Shown: one piece after another, positions 12,003 through 24,969 of the stretch | Numbering within the stretch: the first letter of the stretch is position 1 | Layout: every line of letters starts with the position of its first letter | NCBI RefSeq assembly: GCF_001194135.2 | Contig: NC_068990.1 | Span: forward strand, 55,166,001-55,199,658 | Origin: Octopus bimaculoides | Lineage: Eukaryota | Direction of reading: 5' to 3' | DNA: 33,658 nt | Position numbers and translations under genes: made by a program | Notes under the pieces: model-generated | The model's database searches: none | What the model saw: the letters and a program-made list of their open reading frames with translations, nothing else | Told to the model about the DNA's origin: nothing

Positions 12003-12059
12003 ATAGATAAATTTGTTAATAATATTCATAGGAGATGCCTCAGCTGTTTGAGAACAAGC
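12003..12059 (-). CDS. Candidate small exon ACSQTAEASPMNIINKFIY, phase 0 to 0; would need a 43-nt downstream intron
   Basis: Acceptor tttttgtttcgcttaaag|GCT, donor ATCTAT|gtgagt; 57 nt open and phase-compatible, but the intron to exon 11738-11959 is unusually short. Confidence 0.4.
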
Positions 12060-12107
12060 CTTTAAGCGAAACAAAAATATTCATTAGAAAAACCAATATA
12101 TTTTTAT

Positions 12108-13160
12108 AGAATTTGGTACACATATTCTTAGATATGCAGCACAAAGGGTTATTTGATAAAGCCATCATCAGCCTCATTTCCAGCCTTTTTATTGAGGGCA
12201 CACTTGTCGGTCTTCTTCTCAACGACACTTCAGACATAGTAATGCAGTGAGTTTAAATCAGGAGAGTGAAGAGGCCAAATGTTAGAGGTAACATGATCAT
12301 GGAAACGTCTGGCAATCCACTCCTGATGTATGCAGGTTGTGTGAGAGGGAGCAGAGTCTTGCTGGAACACATATGGCCTCCCCCCACCTGAAGCAACTTT
12401 CTTGATCCAGGGCTTGACAGTCATCTCCATTGTCTTGATGTAGGCTGCTGCATTGATCCTAAGACCTTGTGGGGAAAAATGAGGAGGCATGACATAATCT
12501 TCATTGCTCACACCCCACAAGACCATCACATATGATAGGAACTTGGCATGCATAACAGTGGAGACTTCAGTAGGGCTAGCACAAAGCTTTCTGTTATTCT
12601 TGTTGTTTACTTTTTGATTTGGACAAAATTCTTCTCAGTAGCATGTTGGGCTCCTCAGAGTACTTGAGTTTGTTCAACAACTCTTCGATCAGGCCACATG
12701 CTTCTCCTGAGTCTTATTGGACGTGAACTGCCCTCTTCTCATAATATAGGATTTATACCTGATGACTTTATGCACCACATGTATAATCTTTGACTTCAAC
12801 ATAAGAGATGATTGATAATGTGAGTGATAATCCTCATTCACTTTCCACAATTTTTGTTGATGATGTCCTCAACTTATTAGACAAACTCAACTTTTCTGAC
12901 AACAACTAACAGTGGAGACTATTTTTCTGTTTTTCTTTTGGCCACAGTAAACACATTCCCACAGAGGTCAGAAGTTCTTTTCTGATTTTAAATATGAAGG
13001 ACTTGGTGACATTTAAGAAGGTTGCAATCTCAGAATCACTGTAGTTGGTGATTATGGCAGTGAGAATGGCATGCTTTTTCATTGCATAAGATTTGAAACT
13101 TCTATGTTGGGGCTGAAAAAAGAGAGGATATTAAGTTAAAATTTGGGTCACTTGATCATA
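12108..13160 (-). mobile_element. Decayed Tc1/mariner-superfamily transposon, maT/DD37D-like
   Basis: ORF 12230..12553 …YVFQQDSAPSH…IWPLHSPDLNSLHYYV, then *SVVEK…DGFIK*; N-terminal …HAILTAIITNYSDSEIATFLNV near 13080. TIRs are only weakly recognisable, so the ends are approximate. Confidence 0.8.
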
Positions 13161-13505
13161 TAATTGTGATCATATAATTGTGGGTTTTGTTCTTGGATTA
13201 GATTGCACATTTAATCATTGCGCAAGGTACTTCATTTCACACTGGTCAAGTCAACTCAGCTGAAAATCAGTACATGCCAAGCACTGATAAATCCCTTTCA
13301 ACTTCCAGGTGTTACATCCTGAATGTTCTGCTAGGTCGAGGGTGAAAAGGCCAAGAAGGTGTTTATATATCTGCCTACAACTACATAGGTACCAAGAACA
13401 ATTAGTGAAAGTATGGTGCATACCAGCAAGTCATGCTCACTTATGAATGATGGCTGATGTTTTAATTTAATATACATACCTTCCCTGGCTGACCACCTAT
13501 ATTTA

Positions 13506-13921
13506 TGTGGTCCTCAATCTTTTATGCACTATGGACTGTTTCATGCAAGACAATTTTTCCATAGACCAGGGAACACATGCATAGCAAAACACAATAAAGT
13601 GTATAATATATAATTTAATTATTGCATATACAATGTAAATGTAATTATCACATTGTATATTATGCACCTTATTTGCACCATAATGCAGAGATTGTTACAC
13701 TTAGCTTGTGGACTTAATTTATTGGTGCATAAAAAAACAGACATAGACAAGAACAGGGAAGGGACACAGATGGAAGTGATGATTTAAAAAAAAATAAAAC
13801 TACAGACTGTGATAATTAATAAAATGGAAATAAAATTAAAAATGTATTCTTTCTGTGTAGCTCAGTACCAAATGATCTATGGCCTGGTACCAGTCCACAA
13901 CCTGGTGGTTGAGGACTTCTG
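13506..13921. mobile_element. Non-autonomous hAT (Charlie/MER5-like) MITE
   Basis: Ends gtggtcctcaatctttt … ggcctggtaccagtccacaacctggtggttgaggacttctg resemble the cagtggtccccaacc TIR and the ggcccggtaccggtcc subterminal motif; TSD not convincing. Confidence 0.65.
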
Positions 13922-14998
13922 CTATGCTGGATGGTTCTTTTACTGACTAAAATGTTTGTTAATGTTCTGTTGTATAATATACTGTAATATTTCCCTAATG
14001 TACATGCAAAGTCAACCAGTGAGAAAGTATAGTACTTCTTATAGTTTGAGTCATGAAACAGAAATTATCTGTATGCAAGGAATTTGTCTATTACATATTT
14101 CATCTGATGCACCTTCTGTGGTTTTTATGTTTTATGGGTTTATAATCTCAGTGTATTTGTAATATACACAGTTTAAAATTGGGTCCAATACATGTTATTA
14201 ATACAACCATTATCATTCAATCTATAATTAGAATGCAATTGATATGTATGATATCATTTAATGTATAGTTTGAGTGTTATATCTGTGTAGGTGTGGTAAA
14301 TTTGATTTACAAGTCATTCTACAGTTTCGTTTACTAGCTTGCTCAAATACCCTGTGTTAACAAATGTTTGTTTAATTCTTTTGGTTTGTTTTCCTAATGC
14401 ATCTTTTATAGATGAAAATAAACATTCTCTGTAGAAAATACTTTACTGACATTCTATATCTACATTAACACTCACAAGCCAAAGAGGGAATATTCGAATA
14501 TGACTGGAAGTAATAGTAGTACATATATACTATTAAATAAGTAGACTATTACTATAGTTTACTATATAAGTATTTAAATGGAGACATTGACCTAAGTACC
14601 TGTGATAATAGCAATATAGAATTGGTAGACCTACATTCTGATGACATATTTCTAAATTATTTCTAAAATATATTTAAAGTATTTTAAAGTATTTTGAAAA
14701 ATCTTTTTAAGAATTACCTATTTTATCAGGAAACTTCAAATGGTAAATATTATTCATAGTAAATATATGTATTTAATGTCTTCTTAATTTTTGTTTCATG
14801 CAGAATTGCACTTGTCTTGAGATGCTTCCACTGGCATATGACATTGTTCTGTTTTTTTTTGTTTTTTTTTAATAACGAGAGCTTTGTTAGTCCATTGCAC
14901 ACCTTTTGCCATCTCTAGAGAAATGAAACCTCTACAATCCTTCTCATGGTGCAATTTAGTTCTGAGAGTGGGAAAGAGAAGAGACAGAGAGAGAAATA

Positions 14999-16275
14999 TC
15001 AGGTCATTCAGAATGAAATGACTAATTTTGAACTGGAAGTTCATTTTACTTTATTTCAACAAAATGCAATGCACTTAATCAAAGTATGCACCTAAATTAT
15101 CAACACAATTTTGTCATTTTACCGGTAGCTTATTTATGCCGGCAATAAAGAGTGCTGGAGAGCAAGAGGTGATGAAATCCCGAAAAGCTGATTTTTCATC
15201 TTCAGATTTGAAGATTTTTCCTTGCAAAAAGTTGTCTAATGCCTGGAAAACATGATAGTCAATTGGTGCAAGGTCTGGTGAATATGGTGGATGACAGAGT
15301 ACTTCCAAGTTCAGTTCCTGAAACTTGAGTAGCGTTTTTTTGTGCAACATGTGGTCGAGCATTGTCTTGCAAGAGAATTGGCCTGTCTCTATTGACCAAT
15401 CTCGCTTGTAGTTGTTTAATTGCAAGTTCATTCATCATTTCATCCAATTGGTCGATGTATACATCCACTGTAATTGACTTACTAGGTCTCATGAAGCTGT
15501 AGCGGATGACACCAGCACTGGACCACCAAACAGACACCATTAGCTTTCTTTTGGTGAATATTCTTTTTTGGATTGTGTTTTGGCACTTCGTCTCTATCCA
15601 ATCGCCATGCAGAACACTTGCCATTGTTGAAAAGAATCCATTTTACATTACATGTAACAATACGATGCAAAAATGGTTTGCTTTTACGCTGTTACAGCAA
15701 AGAACAGCAAGTTTGAAAACAACGTATCATTTGATGTTCATTCAGTTCACGTGGTCAAGCTAACTTTACTTTGCTGATTTGTTTCAGATGGTCCAATACA
15801 GTTGGAATCGAAACATCAAACCTTGCTGCTAATTCTCAAGTAGTTTGAGATGTATCCGCTTCCGTTCGTTTCCAGCTCTTCATTATCCACTTTGGTCCTG
15901 AGTCTACCAAAGGGCTGATTTTCAAGAATAAAGTCACCAGACCGGAACTTCTTAAGCCATCGATGTACAGTGCACTCATTCGCCACATCTTCACCAAACA
16001 TCTCATTGATGCTTCAAGCTGTCTGGGATGCATTGGTTCCATGACGGAACTCATATTCATAAACAACATGAATTTTTTATCTATCCATGGGTTCACAAAA
16101 ATTGATTTCCAAGAGAAAACTCACAATATAATCAGACACCATGAATTGCATTTCGAAAAGTAAGGATGTAACTCTTCAATGTTGTAAAACAATGAATTGT
16201 CAGGATAAAACTTTAGAGTTAATGACTCAAACTTGATGTGTAAGAAAATCAAACATTCCATTCTTAATGACCTGA
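14999..16275 (-). mobile_element. Full-length (1277 bp) decayed mariner transposon, DD34D type
   Basis: TIRs tcaggtcatt(c/a)agaatg(a/g)aatg at both ends with TA flanks (14997-14998, 16276-16277). Frameshifted transposase: YEYEFRHGTNASQTA…TVHRWLKKFRSGDF, HRIVTCNVKWILF, LLQDNARPHVAQ, HPPYSPDLAPIDYHVF. Confidence 0.95.
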
Positions 16276-16288
16276 TAGAAACACGGAC

Positions 16289-16331
<43 letters not shown>

Positions 16332-16778
16332 CATACATACATACATACATACATACAGAGAGAGAGAGAGAGAAGAGTCTATACCAGTACTTAACTACTA
16401 CTTTATTTATCAACACTGTAAATATAAAAAGGTAAGTTGAACCTCCATAAGGTTTGAACTCAGAAAGGAGAGAATTGAAACAAATATTGCAAGGAATTCT
16501 ATCCAAACTCTTCAATGACTCTGAAATTGTACTGGGACAATAATTAAGAATAAGGTATAGAATGTGTGTTTTTAAAAGACTTTTCATATGTAGCTCCAAA
16601 GTCTGTAACTTTGATAGGAGCAAACAGGGTTACTGGTAACACAGATGGAATCAAATTTTTAAAATGAACAATTGAATCTCATTGTAAATAGACTCATTAG
16701 GACAGTTAGCTCTATGTTCATCATGCAATGGAAGTATGTTTCAATTAAGGAAAAATATATATGAAATTTGTAACTTAC

Positions 16779-17000
16779 TGATGCTTGTAGATCACGAGAA
16801 GGTGATCTGATGGTTCCAGGTGTGAATCTTAAATTCTGCAAGCCATCACATTTGGTGCTAGATCTGATTGTCTGCGAACCATCTTCCTTGTCGAAGATCA
16901 TTTTTAATTGGTTGTTTTCATCCCGGAACATGGAAGAAATGCCAAGCGTTTTGTTTGCATTGGGCATTTTATTTGTGTTTTGTTTCTTGGTGTTCATTTT
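16779..17000 (-). CDS. MYO7A-like: Internal coding exon, K/N/S/T-rich linker: KMNTKKQNTNKMPNANKTLGISSMFRDENNQLKMIFDKEDGSQTIRSSTKCDGLQNLRFTPGTIRSPSRDLQAS, phase 0 to 0
   Basis: Acceptor catttgttcttttctacag|AAA, donor GCATCA|gtaagt; 222 nt = 74 codons; overlaps ORF-track 16659..16997; phase-compatible with the downstream exons. No recognisable domain, so assignment to this gene rests on position and phase. Confidence 0.75.
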
Positions 17001-17100
17001 CTGTAGAAAAGAACAAATGATTATATTTTATTTATTGTTAACTTTATATCTTGATATTCTGAAGAATTATAATCTTATTTATAACTCCACAATATTACCT

Positions 17101-17174
17101 TCCTCAGAGGTATAGTGATAAGTATTTTCACCTATCACATGGGATAAACTGGGATTCGATTCCCTGCTGAGAAG
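17101..17174 (+). pseudogene. tRNA-Asp(GTC)-derived pseudogene
   Basis: tcctcagaggtatagtgataagtattttcacctatcacatgggataaactgggattcgattccctgctgagaag is colinear with eukaryotic tRNA-Asp (TCCTCGTTAGTATAGTGG…CCTGTCACGCGGGAGACCGGGGTTCGATTCCCCG…); anticodon loop mutated to ctATCac; stems broken; T-run at 17181-17188. Confidence 0.8.
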
Positions 17175-17189
17175 GCTGAAATTTTTTTG

Positions 17190-17410
17190 GTGCAAGTGTG
17201 GCTGTGTGATAAGAAGTTTACTACCCAGTTTACATCGTTCAGGGTCTAGTCCCACTGCATGGTCCTTTGGGTAAGTGCTCTCTACTATAGTCCAAGGTCA
17301 CTCAAATCCTTGTGAGTGGATTCGGTAGACAACAACTGAAAGAAGCTGTTATGTGTATGGGTGTTTGTGTGTATGTGTCTTTCTGTCTGTCTGTCTGTCT
17401 GTCTGCCTTT
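17190..17410 (+). mobile_element. SINE head and body with microsatellite (same family as 2858-3025)
   Basis: gtggctgtgtgataagaag…gtcccactgcatgg…ggattcggtagac…gaaagaagc. Confidence 0.7.
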
Positions 17411-17904
17411 GTGCTTCCTCATCTTGACATCTTATGATAGTTGTATATGATTGTCATTGTCATACGTGCAGTTTCATTCATTTTCAATATTCTTCAATAA
17501 TGAGTCTGGCTATGGTGAAATACTACCTTGCTTGGAAACAAGTGAGGGTTGGTGATAGGAAGGTCATTCAGCCATAGAAAATCTGCCCCAAATAAACTCT
17601 GTTCAACTCATGCAAGCATGAAAAAGCGGATGTTAAATGATGATGATGATCATGGTTGGATGATTTTATAAGCAACAATGAAAATATTTCTAAATTAGAA
17701 TATTGCAGTTTATATTAATCCATACCTAACTGTAATACCACCCTGCTGTTTCAACACAATTATCTAAAAGTTCATTTCTCATGACCAAATCTATTCTCTT
17801 GCACAACATAGTCCTATCTAGCACAGCCTTGTCATTCGAGCATCATACAATGGGAAGCAAATCTTCAAATAACTAAATTGCCTGTTCCTACAATATCCAT
17901 TCGG

Positions 17905-18840
<936 letters not shown>

Positions 18841-21080
18841 CTGATAAGGGTACACCAGGCAAGTGCATCACAGCCATATGTGCACGACATAGTGATTTCA
18901 TATCACGATAAACAGTGTATGACCTTGCAGGTGGGGGCCCAGTTACAATTTTCTTCAGGTTGAGTAATCCAACATGCTCAAAAGGTCCCTGAATAAAGAT
19001 TTTTTAAGGATGATGAACAAAACACCCATATTTCCAGAGGTGAATTATCCAAACCCCAAAGAATTCCTTTCAACACATGGCTATGATGCTCCCCCCCCCC
19101 CACTACTTCTGCTCATGATCAGAGATGCACATATCATCAGCCACCAAGGGACATGCTCAACTGGTTAAGGTCAAACAACTGATAGGCAAATCTGTAGTAT
19201 TGAGCAGAATATTTGCTGTAGCCCTATTATTATTCCACCAAGGCCAACTTTGCCTTTCATCCTTTCAGGGTCAGTAAAATAGGTACTTGTGGAGCACTGG
19301 GGTCAATATAATTGACTTAACCCCACCCCGAAGTTGATGCCCTTGAGCCAAAATTTGAAACCATTATTATTATTATTATTGATAAATTAAATACCAGTGA
19401 AACACTGGTGTTGATATGATCAACTAGTCCCCTCCCACAGAATTTCAGGCTTTGTGCCTTTAGTAGAAAGGATTATTATCATTATTACTACTAACTGATG
19501 ACTTAGATATGTTTTTGACTTGCTACTTGGACAAAATCATTTTTAATACATGGAACTGTGGTCTACTGAACTTATTTGCATACAAAGGGTTTCAGTAAGT
19601 TTACTGTGTACCCATACAGAGTTTCAAACAAAAATAAGGTTTGCTATATTTTAGACAAAGTTTTATTTCATCTTCACATTGTCTACACAAATGAAAAATG
19701 GCTGCAAAAATTCCAATCCGTTCTCCATCCCCACCCCCACCCCAATTGACAGTGAACTCACTAATGCAAATAACAAATACAGAAAAAAAGAATAGCGGTT
19801 TAGTAGAATAGTGGTATGTATAGTAGAATGTGAATGCTGAATAAAAACCAAAAGAAACAATAATATTCTAGCAATCAAAATGCTAGTTTGAATAACTTGA
19901 TTGGAAATGTTGTCAACAATACCAACTACAACACTGACACATACATACATTCTTTACCAAATGAATACATTTCCACTGTTTCACAAGGAATTGGTATCTT
20001 TACTCACATGCAAAACAACACAGAATATTTGAATATGAATTGGGGGAGACATTTTGCAAAATAGAATTTCTTGTCTGATGGCTACATTCAAGAACAAGCA
20101 AAGAAGCTGAACAAGATTTTCAAATTGCTAGAGAAAGTGTATATGGCAAAAAGAAGGTACAAAAAAAAGCAAATCCTAACAGAGAAAAAGGGACAAGAAG
20201 TCCCATGTAGAAGATACAGTTATGAGTTAAACTGCTGTGTGGATGACTAGTGAGGAGTAAAGGGTCATATATTTTCAGGTGAGCTACAAATTTAAGAATG
20301 AATTATTCTTGGAAGAGAATTTACCTGAAAAGGATAGATATAAACATGCAGCAAATACATAATTACAGTGCCTACCAGCATGCTGCGAGCATTTATAAAA
20401 AAATGTGACTGAAAATGTTACAATTTTTGTTTTTACTATTATATCTTGTTTTAGTTATTGCATGTTTTATAATGTTTATATTTTTTGCATAATTTATAAA
20501 ATTAAACAGTCATTTCAACTCAACTGAGTAAAAAATCTTAATGTCGACAACAACAGTATACATACACATATTGCTTTTAGTGTAATCATGAACAACACTA
20601 AACTGACTTTTGCTAATATATTGTTCAACTGGAAAACTCTTGATATGGAACATTTTTCTGAGAGATCAAATGTCAGGAAATAGTTTGTGGACCAAACTGT
20701 GACTAGCTTTTCACAAATAAATTACTAGACCTTCTCTATTCCTTCCCACATGTCTTTGTCAGCCTCCTCATTAAAAGTTACATTGTACTTTTCTGTATCT
20801 CTATGAACCCTTATCCTTAATGAAGAAAAGATTATTATTATCATTATTGTTGTTACTGTCATTGCTGTTGTTATTGTCACTGTCATCATTGTTGTTGTTT
20901 TAGTGTCAGCAGGATACTCTTTGAATCAATCACTGATAAGTTTTGTTCTTTAGCTGTTTTAATATTTTAAATACTCTTGTTCTGAGCTGTTGCTAAACTG
21001 ACCAGGATCTTGAAGAACTGATCAGTTCCGATTTGCTTTCACCCTTTAAAGCAAATTTTTCAATATTTTCAGGAATTTAC

Positions 21081-21131
21081 CTTTTTTTCTTTTAATATCA
21101 AAAAATTGGCATTAAGGTCTTCAACAGGAAA
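21081..21131 (-). CDS. Candidate small exon FPVEDLNANFLILKEKK, phase 0 to 0
   Basis: Acceptor tacttttttctcctccag|TTT, donor AAAAAG|gtaaat; 51 nt open and phase-compatible with 16779-17000. It could instead be a decayed retroelement ORF fragment. Confidence 0.4.
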
Positions 21132-21189
21132 CTGGAGGAGAAAAAAGTATTTTGAACCAGTCTTCACACTGTGTTCCACAGTTTAAACC

Positions 21190-22520
21190 AAAGCACAGCC
21201 ATCACTATCACCTTTGCCAACTTGACAGGTAAAGACAATAGAATGGTTAACAACAACAATGGCAACAAAAACAAAAGAATGGACAGTGACTGTCTTTGAC
21301 ACTACCAGCATCACCATCATCGCTATCACCATCACTATTACTGCTGCTATAAATAGCAATGTGTCACTTATATAGTGTCATAAATCAGCAAAGGGCTTTC
21401 TATCCACAGCAAAAGAGGAAAGAATTCTCATTGCTGTCAAAGACATTACCATAACAGCAACCACATCAATTAGAAAAGTAGCAGTAGATTCAACACTAGC
21501 ATGCAACCACAACAACTGCAACAGTAAAGTCAGCTTGGCTAGCCACAAAAGTAGCAGCAGCAGTGATAACAAGAAGAGAAACAGCAGTATCAACCAAAAC
21601 ACAGTGACGGAACACCCCCGGCCATCCCTAATAACAATAGGCACAGGAGCAACATTGCTAACATCAGTAACACAACAACACAAAACATAACAATCCTCCC
21701 TAATTCAAACTACTTAGACATGCCCTGCAATGAGGGTGATAAACTTGTGATACGCCAGGAAGATGAGGATAACATAGGTGGTCCTCATTTTAAAGTCATC
21801 AGCTACACAGACCACAAATTTGGGATCTGTATGGTCTACTGAGATAAGCTTCATAGGCAAAGATCCAGTTACAGGAAACTAAATGCATCTTTCCTGGGGC
21901 GCAAAGATTACAATGAATGGATTTGTGAATTAGTTAGAGGGCATTGATTAGAGCAATTGTCAACAAATTGTAACTCATCCTGAAAAGAATGATTAGAACA
22001 AAATTGATAAGGTTTAATAAAGGAGTAGCAATACAGAAAACTAAATTAGAGGGAGCCCTAATAACAAACTTAGATGAGGTATTTAGGAAAGGCTTGTGGT
22101 GGGATTTGCCCTTGACTATTTCTTCAACACAAAAAAGGTGAAGACTGTATTGTCAGAACTAGGGTGCACATTTTAAGACAGTAACAAAAGCTGCACAATA
22201 GACTTGGGTGGTAGAGGTACAATACAGCACCAAAGCATGCACTACCTGATTCCAAGAAAATGTGCATGGTTGAAGCTTGGGGATAGAAGTGGACTTTACC
22301 TCAATGGTCTGCAGTGGCTCTTGACTAGAAATGCAAAGTTCTGTTAAAGGCCAATAACCATTAATGTAATAGCAGAAGTGATGGCTGGTTGTACAAGTAA
22401 AAGCCTCCAGGACTGCATGTGCCAAAATTTGAATTCGTTATTATTCAATGAAATAAATACCAATATTGAGGGTCAATTAATTCAAATAAACACTTCCCTT
22501 AAAATGTGTGGTTTGTACCT
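21190..22520 (+). mobile_element. Decayed L1/Tx1-like LINE fragment: T/A/S-rich ORF1-like tail, end of APE endonuclease, start of ORF2 tether
   Basis: Frames read VISYTDHKFGICMV (endonuclease SDH motif), SYRKLNASFLGRKDY (the WKLNxSLL motif after L1/Tx1 endonucleases) and MIRTKLIRFNKGVAIQKTKLEGALITNLDEVFRKG; many stops; ends approximate. Confidence 0.6.
21859..22176 (+). repeat. Donor copy of a 318-bp direct duplication (partner 25512-25829)
   Basis: Ungapped match with 7 substitutions in 318 bp, counted by eye. Confidence 0.95.
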
Positions 22521-22526
22521 GTTAGA

Positions 22527-22571
<45 letters not shown>

Positions 22572-24138
22572 GTATTATGAATGCATATTGATGTTTTCTG
22601 TGTAATGCTGCAGGTGAAAATGACAGCAATATGTGAAACATTGATTGAGAGTAAAGTGGATTACATTATAAGATATCATATTAGAAGTATAATAGATATC
22701 TGCTTCTGCTTCATTACTAGGCTTCAATGAGGAAAACTTTTCATGACACACAGGGCAACTATGTTGAGAATTGTATGAAGTCATCTCTGTAAATTCTTGT
22801 TGAATTCCTTTGTGTAATCCATACATAAATGCCTCAGCTGAATGGTCTGAATCAACACCAACATTGAATGACCACACCTTAACAAGTGGCATTATTCAAG
22901 AAAGGAAGATGAGAAAATTTGCTAAAAATAGATGAATTTTTAATGGTTTACAAAGGCGATGAATTGACTGAGTTATTTAAGAATCAAATTGGATTTCTTT
23001 ACAGTATTCGTTCCAGCCCACTAAATTCGAAACCTGCCAATGTCAATTTTTCCCTTCTTTTTTTGTTACAGGGGGTAGGAAGAAAAGGTACAATATGGTT
23101 TTTTGTACACCTTAAAATTAAAGAAAACATTGTCGTAAGTTATGAATAAATAAATCTAGCAAGTCATATCTGTATATATTTTGACTTATTGTGAACTTAG
23201 TCTTTATTAAAGTCTTTCAATAGCTTGTTATGACAACAGAACCGACCAATTTTATAATGATGTTAGAATTCATTTTGTTAATAACTACATTACAATTTAC
23301 TTAATCCATTGTAGTTCATATGTCAATGTTGTATGATTATATAAATAACTTTTGCCTAGGAACATAATTGTCAGTATTCTAAAAAGTAGTTTCCGCCACT
23401 TTATCTTGGTATCTAGGGAAGGAAAAGAAGTGGATCCTAATAAATTCAATAACAATAAAACAGGATCAAATACAAATGACAGCTGGGTGCATAGCATGAA
23501 TAAGACCACAAAAAATTGCAATTTGAAAGGGATTCAAAAGAACTACCATACCACATTGTCTGTTGCACAGACGAGCAGATCTTAGAAAGAAGAGGTCATT
23601 TGAAAGAATATATTTCAATCTCCATCCAATGCTGGTACAAAAAGCAATAATCCTGCAACCTGTTCTGGAAGCACAGAGGATGCATGTCTCAGGACCCCAA
23701 AACAGTTCAAGGAGGGAACAATCATTAATGAATGAAAATTAGAATGTCCGATGACAGTTGCTTCTGATAGGACCCTATGGAGGAGGTACCTGAGGTGTCT
23801 TCCCCCATGACCCTCCCAGGAATATTGGGCAGAGAAGATCGATGGGTGGAAATAAAACCAATTGGTTTGATCCACATTTCAAGCTGTGAAAAGGCTTGCA
23901 TGGATTTCATTTTACAACAAAACTAAATTCCTACAAATATGGCACACTATTTTATTCATTCATTCAAAAAAAAAGCTAGAATTCTCAAAGTTGTTTGAAA
24001 TCTATTATTAAGCATAAGGGAGATTATCATATTATCAGGTAATTCAGAACCATTCAAATAGTGTTGTGTGACTCTGAGGAGATTTAGGAACAAAACATTC
24101 CATAAAGACAGTCCCATCTAAGAGAGATTTGGCTGCTA

Positions 24139-24274
24139 TTTCTAGCATGTTGGATGATCATGTAAAGGTTCCCTTGTTGGCTCAGTTGCCATGTCTATTT
24201 TTCTTTCCACCCCTCTAGACATGGCAACTGAGCCAACAAGGGAACCTTTACATGATCATCCAACATGCTAGAAA
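24139..24274. repeat. Perfect 59-bp inverted repeat with an 18-nt spacer
   Basis: 24139-24197 is the exact reverse complement of 24216-24274. Confidence 0.95.
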
Positions 24275-24969
24275 AAATGAGTAATGAGCACTCCACAACT
24301 GTCTAACCACAAACGGACATGGTATGGTTTTGTTATGTTGAAACATCACTAAAGATTTGAGAAAGTAAAATATCTGAATTCCTTGAAACAGTTCAGGAAC
24401 AGAAAAAGAAAATGATATCAGTTAAAAAAACATCAAAATTGACATTTTTCAAAAAACAAGCAGCGCTTCATGTTTGAACAACAAATATATTCAGAATTAG
24501 ATAAAATATCTTCCTGATTTCCTCTCACTATAATTTAAAACTACAAGGACTAACAACAGAGCCCATTATGTTGTTGCTGGAATTGCTAGAAGCAGTAGTC
24601 AAATCTCCTTCAAATCTTTCTCCACCATCTTGTAAGAGGAACACATTGGCTGATGTAGTCCTAGATATACAAAAACATTCATAGTCATGGATAGGATGCT
24701 TTTGATCATTGATCTGATCAATCAGGGATTACTTGACTAAGGCTAAACAACATCTGTTATGCATTTATTTTATTTTACTTTCACTACAGTTAGCAGGAGA
24801 GCTCTCCCTGTGATCGCATTTATCTGACAGACAACCCCAACAGGATGTCATTTCATTATTCTACATTTCCCACACATATTAAATATGGTTTATATTACTT
24901 CTTTCCTCAAATGTACAAGATACTTTTGATAAAGTGACATCTGTAGAAATATTGGTTTCAAATTTTGGC

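Noticed and set aside
14796-15044. 82-aa ORF with a good minus-strand acceptor next to the mariner end
   Set aside because: Phase-2 start, only weak donors, partly within the mariner TIR; does not fit the reconstructed frame.
23520-23890. Minus-strand exon candidates (about 23790-23883 and 23552-23665) as IQ-motif exons
   Set aside because: No IQxxxRGxxxR pattern, and phases do not chain with the downstream exons.
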